Origin: Chrysomallon squamiferum
Taxonomy: Eukaryota > Animalia > Mollusca
Assembly: GCA_012295275.1 (NCBI GenBank)
Contig: CM022671.1
Location: 29,450,001 to 29,514,000, forward strand
Direction of reading: 5' to 3'
Length of the DNA stretch: 64,000 nt
A program made the translations under genes and the position numbers. The notes under the pieces were generated by a model that ran no database searches, had not been told where the DNA came from, and saw only the letters and a list, made by a program, of their open reading frames with translations. Within the stretch, counting starts at the first letter, position 1, and every line of letters starts with the position of its first letter. Positions 36,701 through 48,600 of the stretch are shown in pieces.

Positions 36701-38555
36701 AAGACATATATTTATAATATAAACATGTAAACTGACATCAAAACATTTTTACAAAACGACAAAAGAATATATATATATTACTTCAAAAACTGAAAAAGAA
36801 AAAACAAATAGTTTATTTATCCATTCGCGCAACAGACATCCAGAATAGCTTGTTACCTTCATCAGACATGTCTAGTACATTATACATTACACACATTTTC
36901 TTTGAAGTAGAATGAATCTATACAAGATCAAATATTGATAGGCGTGCTATCGTATCCATTAAACTGTGTTGTCTTCCTGATCTTACTTTTGATACTCCTG
37001 AGACACTGTTCTACACTGTTTAACTGCATGCTCCACTGATCAAGCATAACCAACAATATTCTGTCTAGGACCTTATTACATACAAAGGGCAATATCTACT
37101 GGCAGACTGTGTGATACAGATATCATTTGAGGAATAAGAGACAAACTAAGCAGTTTTTGATTTTTTAATAATAATATTTAAGCTTGAAAATATGATTCAT
37201 GAAAAAATATGTTTGCATCTGTACATTTTTCATTTAAAAAAAAAAAGATATTTTACTGACAGATATTGAAAATAAAAAGTACTGATTTACCTTAAAGTGC
37301 ACAAAGAAACATACATAATATACAAATGTATACATATATACTCACAACCACCCACCCAAACACACAGCAATGTGTATGTATGTATGTATATATATATATG
37401 TGTGTGTATATATATATATATATATACACACATATATATATACATACATACATACACACACACACACACTTTTACACACATACAAACTTACTACATGCAT
37501 ACAAACACAAAAAAACACATATATACATACATACATATACATACATATACAAATATATACATATAACGATATAGATACATACAACAAAAATACATATATA
37601 CATACACACACACACTAACATTAATATATGTATATCTTTTTTTTAAATTATACCTTGTTGCCAAAGGATTGCCGGTTTTCCATTATCTGATGCTACATTG
37701 AACTTTAAAGAAGACCTGTAAAAATAAAAATAAAAAGATACCAAAAAAGTTATCTTATAATATATTACATTTCTAATATTATATATGATGCCTGCCATTA
37801 TATTAAATATATGAACTAACTGCATAATGAAGTACAAGAACCATACAGTAATATACAATTTTATGTTGGCTTTTACTTCAAAATAGTGCAAAAATATTTA
37901 CAGCATTTTTTAAATTGTATTTTAAATACCTGTTATAAAATGAGAAATATCATTTTAACAATAATTAACTTCAAATGTTACAAAATAAAACAAATATAAA
38001 ATTAATTTTCAAACATATAGTGATATACAACTGAAACTGTTTATCACTAACTGGAACTGATTATGTTAACTTCTGCTTCAGATGGTTTATCTGCACTTAT
38101 ATATATATATATATACATAAAAAATGGTTCTCTTCAAAGAAACAGGTACAACATAAGAATCATGCTGTAGACATTGAGTGAGTAATGATCATTATGATGT
38201 GAATGCAGGCTTCTAATAAGTTATAATCACACTAATTTAAACTTTGCTTGTTTATTAATACATCATTATTATTATATTAAATTTTATTTTTATAAAATTG
38301 CCAACATAGATCAGATCTCATATTTATTGATTTAAAGAAAGGCGCCTAATCATGTTGTTGCTCGCACTTGCACTGGCTATCACTCACCAAGTCACTGTTG
38401 ACTGTATTAAGTGTATAACGGCAAAACCGAGTCTGAGTATCTTAAGTACGAATAATCATAAAAACTGACAAATATATCGACAGGTCATTTGTTCATCAAC
38501 ACAACTTTACAGTAAATGTTTTAAAATTTTAAAAATATAAATACCCCAAACTCAT
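19053..38555 (-). CDS. CCDC66: CCDC66-like centrosomal/ciliary microtubule-associated coiled-coil protein, full-length copy A; about 1270 aa, about 28 exons
   Basis: Phase-consistent GT-AG exons: 38555-38545, 37715-37654, 36678-36653, 36465-36168, 35824-35701, 35254-35097, 34637-34540, 34280-34098, 33774-33702, 33245-33152, 32606-32534, 32147-32075, 30689-30630 (or 30593), 30062 (or 30016)-29969, 29281-29233, 28977-28908, 28461-28378, 28015-27946, 27330-27288, 26894-26822, 25015-24690, 24203-24042, 23600-23456, 23135-22911, 22274-21645, 21285-20927, 20293-20207, 19121-19053. CCDC66-like motifs: VTLTQDQLNAIL, HLRGQHIVLDP...YQEAVKQQIQEKQRQKQLERE...EEQEEEMRLQKERE, GHDVSRL, SPPVPALKHR, IPFTRTSDILDP, NPLTNP...RQEMILKQLSTLKQSLRQRQRELE. 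The small linker exons at 27-30 kb are less certain. Confidence 0.85.
19867..20178. repeat. 57-bp minisatellite, about 5.4 near-identical copies, in the last CCDC66-A intron
   Basis: Unit GAAAAGTCACTCAGTGTGTTTAAAGAAAATAAAACAAAATCAGTGATACAAGTATAT starts at 19925, 19982, 20039, 20096 and 20153, with a variant copy at 19867. Confidence 0.95.
22468..22745 (+). mobile_element. Degenerate tRNA-derived SINE-like element (intronic)
   Basis: tRNA A-box/D-arm-like head GTGCAGCTCAGTGATTAGAGCAC, then a core (GACTGGTTACCAAA...GCATGTAAAAGACTTTTCTGCTTATGGAAAA). Parts of this core recur at about 34.4 kb (+), 40.2 kb (-) and 59.5 kb (-). Confidence 0.5.
34400..34490 (+). mobile_element. SINE-like core fragment
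   Basis: TTTTCCGTTCCAACCAATTCCTCAAGATCGGTTTATCAAA...TGTGGGAAA resembles the reverse complement of 59515-59565 and the 22.5 kb element. Confidence 0.35.
37300..37615. repeat. Compound (AT)n/(AC)n low-complexity tract
   Basis: Mixed TA/CA repeats. They produce the stacked HTYI/VCVY pseudo-ORFs on both strands. Confidence 0.9.
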
Positions 38556-39393
38556 GCTGTCAAAAGGATCATTTGATAAGATAAAATGTATCCCAAAAAC
38601 GGAAATATACTGATGTTGTTTGTCGCCAACAACTATTTAGGCGCATGCGCATTTCACTTATTTTATTTTATTTATCTGCTTCAGGCATAGCTGAAAAATA
38701 TACTTCGAGTATATCGATTATATAAATAATAATAAAAGGAGTAATAATAAAATGTGAAATAAGAAATATAAATAAATATTTATTTATTTATTTATTTTTT
38801 ATTTATTTTTTATATATATCTAAGGAAATGATTGATATCACAGTTCAAACTTTAAAGTAAAAAAAAAAATATTTTAAATCAAACTGAAATTCAAATTGAC
38901 ATGGCTACCTCAAGTATTTAATGAAAACTGAACATTTATGAATTTTTATTTACCACGTTGATAAGTTATTTATTTAATTTAAAAAAAAAAATCTTCGAAA
39001 CAACTATTTTTATTATAAACTGTATTAGTGTATCAAATTTATATTGTCAGTGATTTAGTTTTTAAATTTTTAAGCCATTGACAGTTGTTTTTTGTTGTAA
39101 TTATAATGATTATTATTACTTAAAACAAAGACAATATGAACTACTGTTATGCCACTGCTGCTCACTAATAGTAAAACAAAACAAAACAAAACTAACTTCA
39201 TTTGTCTGTTCTAAAATAACGTAACTCTAACTTAATCTTTGGCCGGTGTCTGTAGAAAAGAGTAGTTTCCCTTCGTCGCTCTGCGCATGTTTGGACAAAA
39301 CAAAAATAGTTGTGCATGTTGACAACGGAAAGCGAGAAGTAAAAATTGAAGATATAATTAACAGATTACAAACGATTATTTACATCAACAGTC
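38556..39393. promoter_or_regulatory. Divergent promoter region between the two CCDC66 paralogs, with NRF1-like GCGCATGCGC (38641-38650) and a partial TGCGCATG (39282-39289)
   Basis: 838 bp between the opposing ATGs. Each gene has a CpG-containing patch with an NRF1-like motif about 85-110 bp upstream of its ATG, separated by an AT-rich spacer. Confidence 0.6.
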
Positions 39394-39757
39394 ATGAATT
39401 TTGAGTAAGTATTATCAATAATATTTGAGACAGTTTTTTTTTTTTTTAAAGTTTCTTTCTTGAAATGATAATAATTAATTTATATAGTTTTCGATCATAC
39501 TTATGATACTTACCATACTATTAGTATAAGTATTACTTTGAATTGAATCGTATGATCTTATGTAGTTACACAGTGTATAATACACTATAGTGGCTACATA
39601 GAAGGCTACATAGTACATTATCTTGTTGTTATAGTTATAACTTACAGGTAAGAAAAAAAAAGATGTAAACCGGCTGAGTTATTCTACTAGATTTGTACTG
39701 GTTTTAGTAGCCGTGTCTACGTCTTCATAACAAATAAAAAAATATAAATTACAACAC

Positions 39758-39788
<31 letters not shown>

Positions 39789-42700
39789 TATTACATTTTT
39801 TAAAATTAATACCAATAAATAACTAAATAAATTGATAAATATATAATTGACTGTCATTCTGTTAATGTTATTAAAATTTATTGATGAAATACATTGTTTC
39901 TTAAAAACAATTTATAAATTAAACTGCACACTTTAATGTCACTGTAAAAAATTTCAGTATTATTTATTTATTATTTATTATTAATTCTTTTTTTCCCCAC
40001 TGTGTTTTGCTATTAAATGAATAAAACAAAGCTTACATGCAAATTCTATTTCATTATGTAATTTATGGTATTTTAAACTGACATTAAATTAGAAAACCAG
40101 AAAGAAAAAAAAAAGAAAAAAATAGAATAATAACAAAGACATAGAAGTAAATGGTGAAGTCTGCACATTTTATATTTCAATGATACTGTTACAACTGTCA
40201 ATCTGAAAATTCACTGATTAGCAAAAAGGGATCTTTTACATTCTCCTTCTTTCCAGATAGGAAAACATATACAACAGAATTTGATTAACCAACTATGATG
40301 AATTACACTGATAATTGTTTGGATGAATAATGTTTTGCTAACACCAACAATGTATGAATGTGTTCAAAATTTTGTCTTATGTTTTCAATTTCCATAATTT
40401 GTTTTCTAAAGTAAAAGCTATGTTGGTTTCTTTAATTTTCTTTAAATTTATAAATGTATCCACCAGCAATGTCTCTTAGTGTTTAGAAAAGTGAAGAATT
40501 TTTATAGTCTAGAATATTTCAACTGCCACTGAAAAAGCATTCTCGGTGAACAAATTGTCTTTTTTTTTCCTTCTTTTTTTTCTGATTGTAGTGAAGTTAT
40601 TTCAGCTGTTTTAGCTTATAAAATACAGCTGTTGAGAATAAAGATTGGTAAAACTGTGACTGAATTCCTTGTAAGCAAATAGCCAACCACAATGAAATTC
40701 CAAATTCTTAGACTTGAAAGTAAAACTATGCAAATTTATGTTATGAAAATATGAGGAAAATATTGCCACATATGTGCTTAAATGTTTCACACTTTAAAAT
40801 GCTTTAAAAAAAAAAAAACTAAAACAAAAAACAATTCACCAGCCTGTTTCATTACTGTACAGTTAAATTAATTTAAAAAAGAAAAAAGAAGAATTTTTCC
40901 ATACTTATTTCATTTCATATTCGACATTTCAGTGTATTTTATTGTTTACAGCAGCATGTTATAAAAAAAAAATCTAAAAAAAATCTAATAATATTCATGT
41001 ATGTTAAGTAAAACAAAACACTGGTTAACTGTTCTGCAAGTAAAGTTAACAAAAGCAACTTACAGCTACTTCTTTGATAGCACTTTGTGAAAAGTCTGTT
41101 TCTTCTGTGGTAAACAATCTTTCTTGTTTTATTTACACAAGTCCGACTATCTTATTTTACACTTTTCAGAATGTATTGGTCATTACACAAAGATTGTAAT
41201 AGGAAACACGTCATTATTATTTTTGATGCTTTTGTGCCATTGGTTAATAAATATGTTATCAAGCATGCCCTGTATAGGTAAAATAAATTATCAAATTAGG
41301 ACTCATTATGCTGATGTTAATGTGTGAAATATTTCTGTTACCAGATCATAACAAGAATTTTTCATTTTGTTCAAAATGTTATTACATGCAGCCTTCAAGT
41401 TTGCACTGGATCTGGATCTCCTGTAATTTAAATGAAATCCAACACATGTGTATTAGCTGTAATCAGTGCTATGAAGGTGTGACGGGTGGCATGCCGTCAT
41501 ACAATTAAACAATGCGACCATTCATAGAGTATGGATCAGTTTTCACAACGACTTATTAGAAATCTTTCATCAACTGTTTGTTTGTCCTGTGACATTTTGT
41601 CTAATGTCATGGTAATTTATTGATTTCAAAAGCTGATATATTTTATGCCAGCCATTCATATCTTGTTTTCTTGCATATCTTTGTTATTTATGTCGACTGG
41701 ATGTGCTGTAGATACTTGGATGTGTGTTCAAAGGGTTTGGATTTGTAGTTGTAATTTACAGCAAATTTTAGGACCTGCAAAAAATTACAGGAAAGTCAGA
41801 AATTTTGTATTTTTGTACATTTTGCTTATTGCTTTGTTTCTTTGAATGTAACTATGTGGAATGTCTGCAGGATCAAATTTTGTTTTATACAATTGTAGTT
41901 TTTTAATTTATGATATTCTGTTTTCCCTGTCCTTTTTTTATCATTTTAGACTAGTATATGAATGCTTGCATATTTTCTTCTTCAAAAATAAAATATTATA
42001 GAGGTATTTTTTTAAATAATAGATTTTATAAAAGCATTATTTTGTTCAATGTTTAATTTCCACTGAAAGTTTATAATAAAATAACTGTAGGCCTACAGCT
42101 TGAGAAATTATCAGTTATTTTTTTTTTTTTTTTTTTGATTTTTTACATTAAAATGATATTTTATTTTATTTTATTTTATTATTTGTACATCTTCCACGTA
42201 TTTTTGCTGATTGTAGGCTGTGAATAAAAACAAAATGTCACAGAGACAATGCCATCTGCTGTCAGTCATTTTTAACTGACCAAGCATTTGGCGCTTACCC
42301 ATTTGCATAAACCTTAAAGTCTTCTTTACATTATGGTTTTGCTGAATGCTATGTCCAATGACAGGCTGCCTAGACTGAGGGAGTGGAAATGGTGCCGAGC
42401 CAAACTGGAGTAAGTAGCAAGTGGTGCATGGGACTGCAGTCTGTGTTGCTTGTGTCGTACAACCTTAACTCCCCAGCATACAGTTTAATATGGGTTTCTG
42501 TTCTGCAGCATTGTTATACTGTAAGAGTGTTACTGCATGTTTTGGCAAGTGATCGCTCATTCGCTGTCATTAAAACTGGATCCAGATGCCCGTCATCTTC
42601 ATCATCATCATAATTATTTGTCAGATAAAATAAACAGGTATTCTAAAACATCAGTGAAAAGCATGAACCAAAAAATATAAATAGAATGCTAATTAGTTAC

Positions 42701-45142
42701 TAGAAATATTTTATTATTATTATTTTTTTTTTATAGAAATCTTTTGAGTAATATTCTGTAGGCTTAAGTGATAATTCTGGAATGTTGAAAAATTGTGGAA
42801 CATTGTCATTATTGTTTATTTATTTATTTATTTATCTATTTATTTATTTTTATATAACTTATCTTATAAATAAATAATTGAACAAAACAATTAGTTTAGC
42901 TTATTGTATTTTCTGTTCCTTTAATTCCATTTAAAACTAAAAAAGTGAAAAATGTTTATCAAGTTGCCTATGCATCTGTTACAAATGCAGTGATATAACA
43001 TCTAACATACAAGAAAATTAAGGAGGGTTACAGTAACTTTTGACATATTTTCTTCAATTGGTCCTGATGATCCTTTTCTGGATAGCTTACAAAATCACCT
43101 AGTTGTGTTTCTAAACCATATGACATAACGAGTGCATGATTGGATGTATAATTAAGACAGCTAATTACTGTAAATTATCATTTTGTATAAATTCATGTCT
43201 GTATAATTATATATAAATAGTTGTGATTAGCCAGCTTCTTCCTACCATTTTCTTTTGTCTTGCATCTAATTTAATATTCAGTGCTTATCTGTCCTTATTT
43301 TCTCCATGAATTAATCATTGATTAGATTAGCAGGTGTGTAGATAATTATCTTTTGTTAATCAGTTTTTCATTTCCTTTCTTCTTAACAAGGCAGAAGAAT
43401 AACTTTAATGAGTTCAACAAATTCTTATTGTGAAGGAATTGTTGAATAAGAAATATTATATTGTGTTACGGTTTTTTATTTTAATCTCTGACCAAATATA
43501 TTAATCAGTACATTTTGGGGGTCTGGTATGATTAAAAGTGTGAAATTAGTCCTTTGTTTAAACTTAAAACTATAAGCCCAATCTTTGTTTTAAATTATTT
43601 CTATTCTATGAAGCTGATATTAGATGTTAATAATGTGATTATAAAATGTTAAGTGTTCGTTTTAGGAAAAAAGATTTAATTAAATGTAATTTATAAGCTA
43701 TTATGATTTAAGTCCACCAGAAATTTTTAACAGTATCATAAATACAGTTAATTTACTGTAAATTTGAAAGTCAGTGTTACATAAACAGTTTTTGAGCGTA
43801 GCAGAAGAAAATCTGTTTGAGCAGTTTCAAAAGAACTCTGGTATAATATATAATATCAAACGATTATTTGTGTCAAAATTTCAGTAGGTTTTTAAGTTAT
43901 GTTCCAGTGCACCCAGCTTGTCATTGTTACTCTTTGTTTAGTATAATTTTTTTTTTTTTTATGTTTATGTAATAGATCTGTTATTATTAGTTCAGGTATT
44001 TGCATGAGTAAACTTTGGTGGCTCGGATTACATTTTGTTTTTATTTAAATAATTTTATATATATATATATATATATTTATTTATATATATATATATAATG
44101 TTTTTATTTTATTATTACTTATAAAAATTGTAAATAGCATAAATGTTTTTCTGCCATTGCTTTCTGTCTGTTTTGTTTAATTTTTGTGGTATAGTGTTAA
44201 GTATTTTTCCCTTTTTTTATTATTATTATTAAATATATCTAAATTCAGTATAGTTTTGTTAATTTGTGAAACTTTTTTATGCATAGTTTTTTTTTTAAAT
44301 ATTGCTTTACCCATCCTTAACTCTTTGTTACACAAAAACCAACAGGTGTTGACAACTGGATGTATGGAAAAGTAACATTTTAAAATGTTTAATAATTTAA
44401 AAAAATAATAAAACAAATACAAATAAATAGCAAGTAGGAAAACAACAACCAAGAACTCAGAGATTCTTTGTCAGTATTTATCTTATTTTTATTATTATTA
44501 TTATTATTTGTTATTTTTTATTTATTTTTTCAACAGTAGTGCAGTTCGCTTTGAAGTGGAAAAGACAAGAGGAAAACCAAGTATATTGTGGCAGCAAGGT
44601 AAAAAACATTAATGGATTTTTATTTTATATATATATTTTCTTTTTTGCACATTTTTCAAATTCTAATGGCCAAACCACTGGGACTGATATTACAACACAC
44701 ATATTTTAAAAAACAATGTTTTTATTCATTTCATTTTAATTACAGCTGTGAAGAGTTTGAAAAATATATTTAACCTGGAGAGATAGGATTATAACAAAAA
44801 TATATATATATTTTTTTTGATAATTATTTTGCTGATACCTCCCGAAACAAAGATATAAAGGATTGTTGTACATTATATTTATTTTGGTATTTTCAGATAA
44901 TCCTAAAAAGAATGACAGAAAGGTATTTATATTCAGTCTGTGCACGTGTTTCTTTATATTCCAATATGACCGAACAATTTTCTTGGATAATTTCGTATTG
45001 TTATTTAATAACTTTACAGCCACACACCTGGAATTATTATTAATGGGAAAAATCTGATATTTCAGAAAATGTTTATTTGTTTATATATATATTAGATTAT
45101 GTCATGGATATATCCTTTAATTAGTATTACATATATACACAT

Positions 45143-45226
<84 letters not shown>

Positions 45227-45651
45227 ACACATTCAGAACATTAAATATTATAATGGGGTTACAACATTAAAAGTTCATACTTGTTTTTCTTACTTATTAT
45301 CTATATATGTCTGAAAATGCTAAGTTTTTTCATCTGGAAGATCTATAATTGTTATAATCTACATTTTTTTCCTTAAACTTGTATATATCAGCACTTTATT
45401 ATTTTTTTGTTACATATAATTGAAGACTGACTTTAATAAAATCAAAACCTTATTTTAAAACAGGTTGTATGATATTGGTAGTGCCAGCTTGAAATCATGT
45501 AGTAATATCAGATGTTATTTAGTACTTATGTTATTTAAAAAACCAAAACAATTATTAATATTACTATTTATTCTCTATTTTTGTTGTTGTTGTAAAATGT
45601 CATTTTTAAAGTCAGTTTTTATTTTATTTTATTTATTTTATTTATCATAGG

Positions 45652-45696
<45 letters not shown>

Positions 45697-48600
45697 TGGA
45701 ATTTAAAATGGATTTTCTTTTCATTATTGATTACTGTTTTTATTTTTTATTATTATTATATTTTTTAAACTTACTTTTAAAGTGTTTTTGTTTAATTTTA
45801 TTCCATATATTTAAGGAAGAAAAATAATAATAATAATAACAATAATGATAACAATAAAATGGTTTTTAAAATGGATTTAAAACTTGGTTGACAGACATAA
45901 ACGAGGTCAGTGTTTCCTAATTAAATAACCTATCATTCCAGTTTGGCTACAAGGAGAAAGACATGAGACACCAGATAAGAAAACCTCAGGCAGAGGACCC
46001 AGGTACCACATACAGCAGTGTGAGAAATGGCAAGTCACCTGAGGACTTCATCAAGAAGAACAGGGAGAGCCTGGGAAAGTCACCAGGACAGTCCACAGGA
46101 TCGAAGCTGACCCCAAACTCCGTAACACTGACACAAGAACAGTTAAATGCTATCCTTGCATCTGTTGGTAGGCTAAATTCTTCAAGCAAAGATAATCAGC
46201 TTCGTTTGATTATAGGTATTAATGTTGTTTGCACGTTAATTTGTTTATACTAATATAGACAGATTGCAAACCCAATGTAGTGTGTGTAGATATTACCCAT
46301 TCAGGTTATTTGGATTTTCCATGTAATAGGATTTGGGTTTTGTATTCCTAGTGGCTACAGTAGTGATTTTTATTTTAGATAAGTTAAATGTTTGTTTTTC
46401 TTTATAGTACATATGTAATTAATTGAAGTAAGTAACTAATTCCAATTTTGTTATTCAATTGTATAATTATTCTCTTCCAATGAAATTTGATATTAATTCA
46501 TCTCCATTTTTATTATTAATTTAAATAAAGGTTTAGGTTAAGTTGAAAAGGATTTAATAATATCTTTATTCATGTTGGGATTCCTACATACTTTCACTTT
46601 CCTTAAATTTCATAAATAGCAAGTAATGAAGAATGATTAGATTAATTAAATGACTTTATACAGGTGTCTTTAATAAAATTTAAAAAATGCTCCATTGGTA
46701 TGGAACACCAGATGTGGAAATACAGCTGTTACTGGATGTGAGAACAAACCGAGAACTAAAGTTAAAATATTTCATCCAGCTTCCTAGCAGTAAAAAAAAT
46801 AATTGAATGTGTTTTTTGACAAGTCTTTGTTTTTTCATCTTTTTCTTTTCTTTCATTTTTTTTTTTTTTTTTAAATTTTATCCATTCATTGGTTTATTCA
46901 GAAAGAGATTTTTTGTTGTTGTTTTTTCACAGAAACAATTCATTGATGTTTTTTGACTGATTTGCATGTTCAGATTTTTCTAATTGTTTTTAGCTGAGTT
47001 TTTTCAGTAGTTTTTGCTTGTAGATTTTTAATATAAATGAACTAACAAAATAACTTTGAGTACATTTTAAATGTTTTGTACATGTTTTTGCACCTATTGA
47101 ACTCTTAAGTCAGGATTGAGGGTAGTCTTATACTGAGAGTTAAATGTTAAGTATCCTTTGTCTTAATTTATTACGAACATCATATTAGTAGTTTCTGTAA
47201 ACTTCTGAGTTTGTATCAAGGAATGGAAAACAGAATAGCACAGTTCAACATTTATTTCATTTATAGAAATAATTATAATAACAATTAAACTGATTTTAAT
47301 TAAGCCTGTTAAAACATTTCTTTTAATTAATTAATTGTTTTTTTGCGGGTTTTTTGTTTTTCTTAATATTATAAACTGATTAAACCACCTATCTACCAAC
47401 ATGACTTTAGTGAGATTAATAAATTTACTGCAGTTTATAAACTAAAGTTTAAAGGTCAAACATCGTCATTTAGTTAACACTTGTTTCCACCATGTTGCAC
47501 AAAATATTATCTTAATCACTGACTGTAACACTGAATGTCACTTACTACATACAAAACACTCTCTTCAAATTCTCTGCTATCTTTTCTCTACAGATAAATA
47601 ACATGTGATTTAAAATACTTAACCATTCAATTAATATTATGTCAGTGAACTTGATAAAAATATTTAAAAATGAAACTGATACGTGACCTGTTAATAATGT
47701 GAATTTTTAGAGTCAAAATGAAAAAACTATTGGAAGAAGAAATGTAAATTAAAAAAATATTTTTTAAAACATATATTTGTTGAAAGTTTTTTTTTTTCAT
47801 TCAGCATTTAATGTTAGTTATTTATGAACAGTAATCAATGTTAGCATGTTATGGGCCTATTTTTGTATGAACAAATCACAGGTAGCTGTATAAATGAATC
47901 AGGCAAAATACCTTTACATTATAATTCAGTAACTTCTTCACATATTTCTTTTGTTTGGGTATTTCAGACAACGAACATAATGAGATTCACGTCTCTAAGA
48001 CTCCAACAGATCAGCAAAATGAATCACCAAACTACTCTGAGGGAAATATTTTATCTCTCTCAGATTACGACAAACAGCAGGAATCCAGGTATCTCGACCG
48101 AAGCTATTCATATGAGTAAGAACTAAAATTGTAATTTTTATATCTCACTTCCTTATCAGGGAGTCATTTGCATGGCTGTTGGTCACTGAACAGATATTTT
48201 TTGGGGGGGTATTCTTGATAAAAAAAAAGAGTAGCAAAAGCATTTTAATTGTCTCTTGGCAACAAGTACCAATTGTTCCAATCCCAGGAGTTGAACAACA
48301 ATATTACAGTAGTAATTTATATAGTACTCATAACAGTATTAAAACAAAATGAAAGATCAAATTCTAAAATAAAACTGAATAGCTGATTATAAGTGTTGAA
48401 AATTTTTTTTTTTTTTTTTTTAAAAACGAATGATGATATATTTTACTGATGTTGTTATTTCTATCACAGTGGCAATACGCAACAAGAAAAAAAGAATGAT
48501 ACATCTTATTTGCCAACCAGTGAACACAAAGACAGCAATGGAGCCAAAGCAATCAATGAACAAAATGGAGGAATAGATTTGCCTCCCTTGGTGCACAAAA

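Noticed and set aside
36815-37150. Possible LINE fragment
   Set aside because: No reverse transcriptase or endonuclease motif could be read; it needs a repeat-library search.
37287-37618. Five overlapping ORFs on both strands
   Set aside because: Dinucleotide-repeat artefacts.
38388-38460. Strong minus-strand donor (TG|GTGAGT) as the first coding exon of CCDC66-A
   Set aside because: No in-frame ATG before an upstream stop. The 11-nt exon 38555-38545 (MSLG) mirrors paralog B better. The site may still end a non-coding exon.
38610-39330. RFX X-box candidates (GTTGTTTGTCGCCAAC, GTTGTGCATGTTGACAAC) for ciliary genes
   Set aside because: Spacing and sequence differ too much from the GTNRCC-N0-3-RGYAAC consensus to call.
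41100-41960. Decayed coding-like sequence with short ORFs, possibly a transposase relic
   Set aside because: Multiple stops, and no DDE or RT motif or terminal inverted repeats identified.
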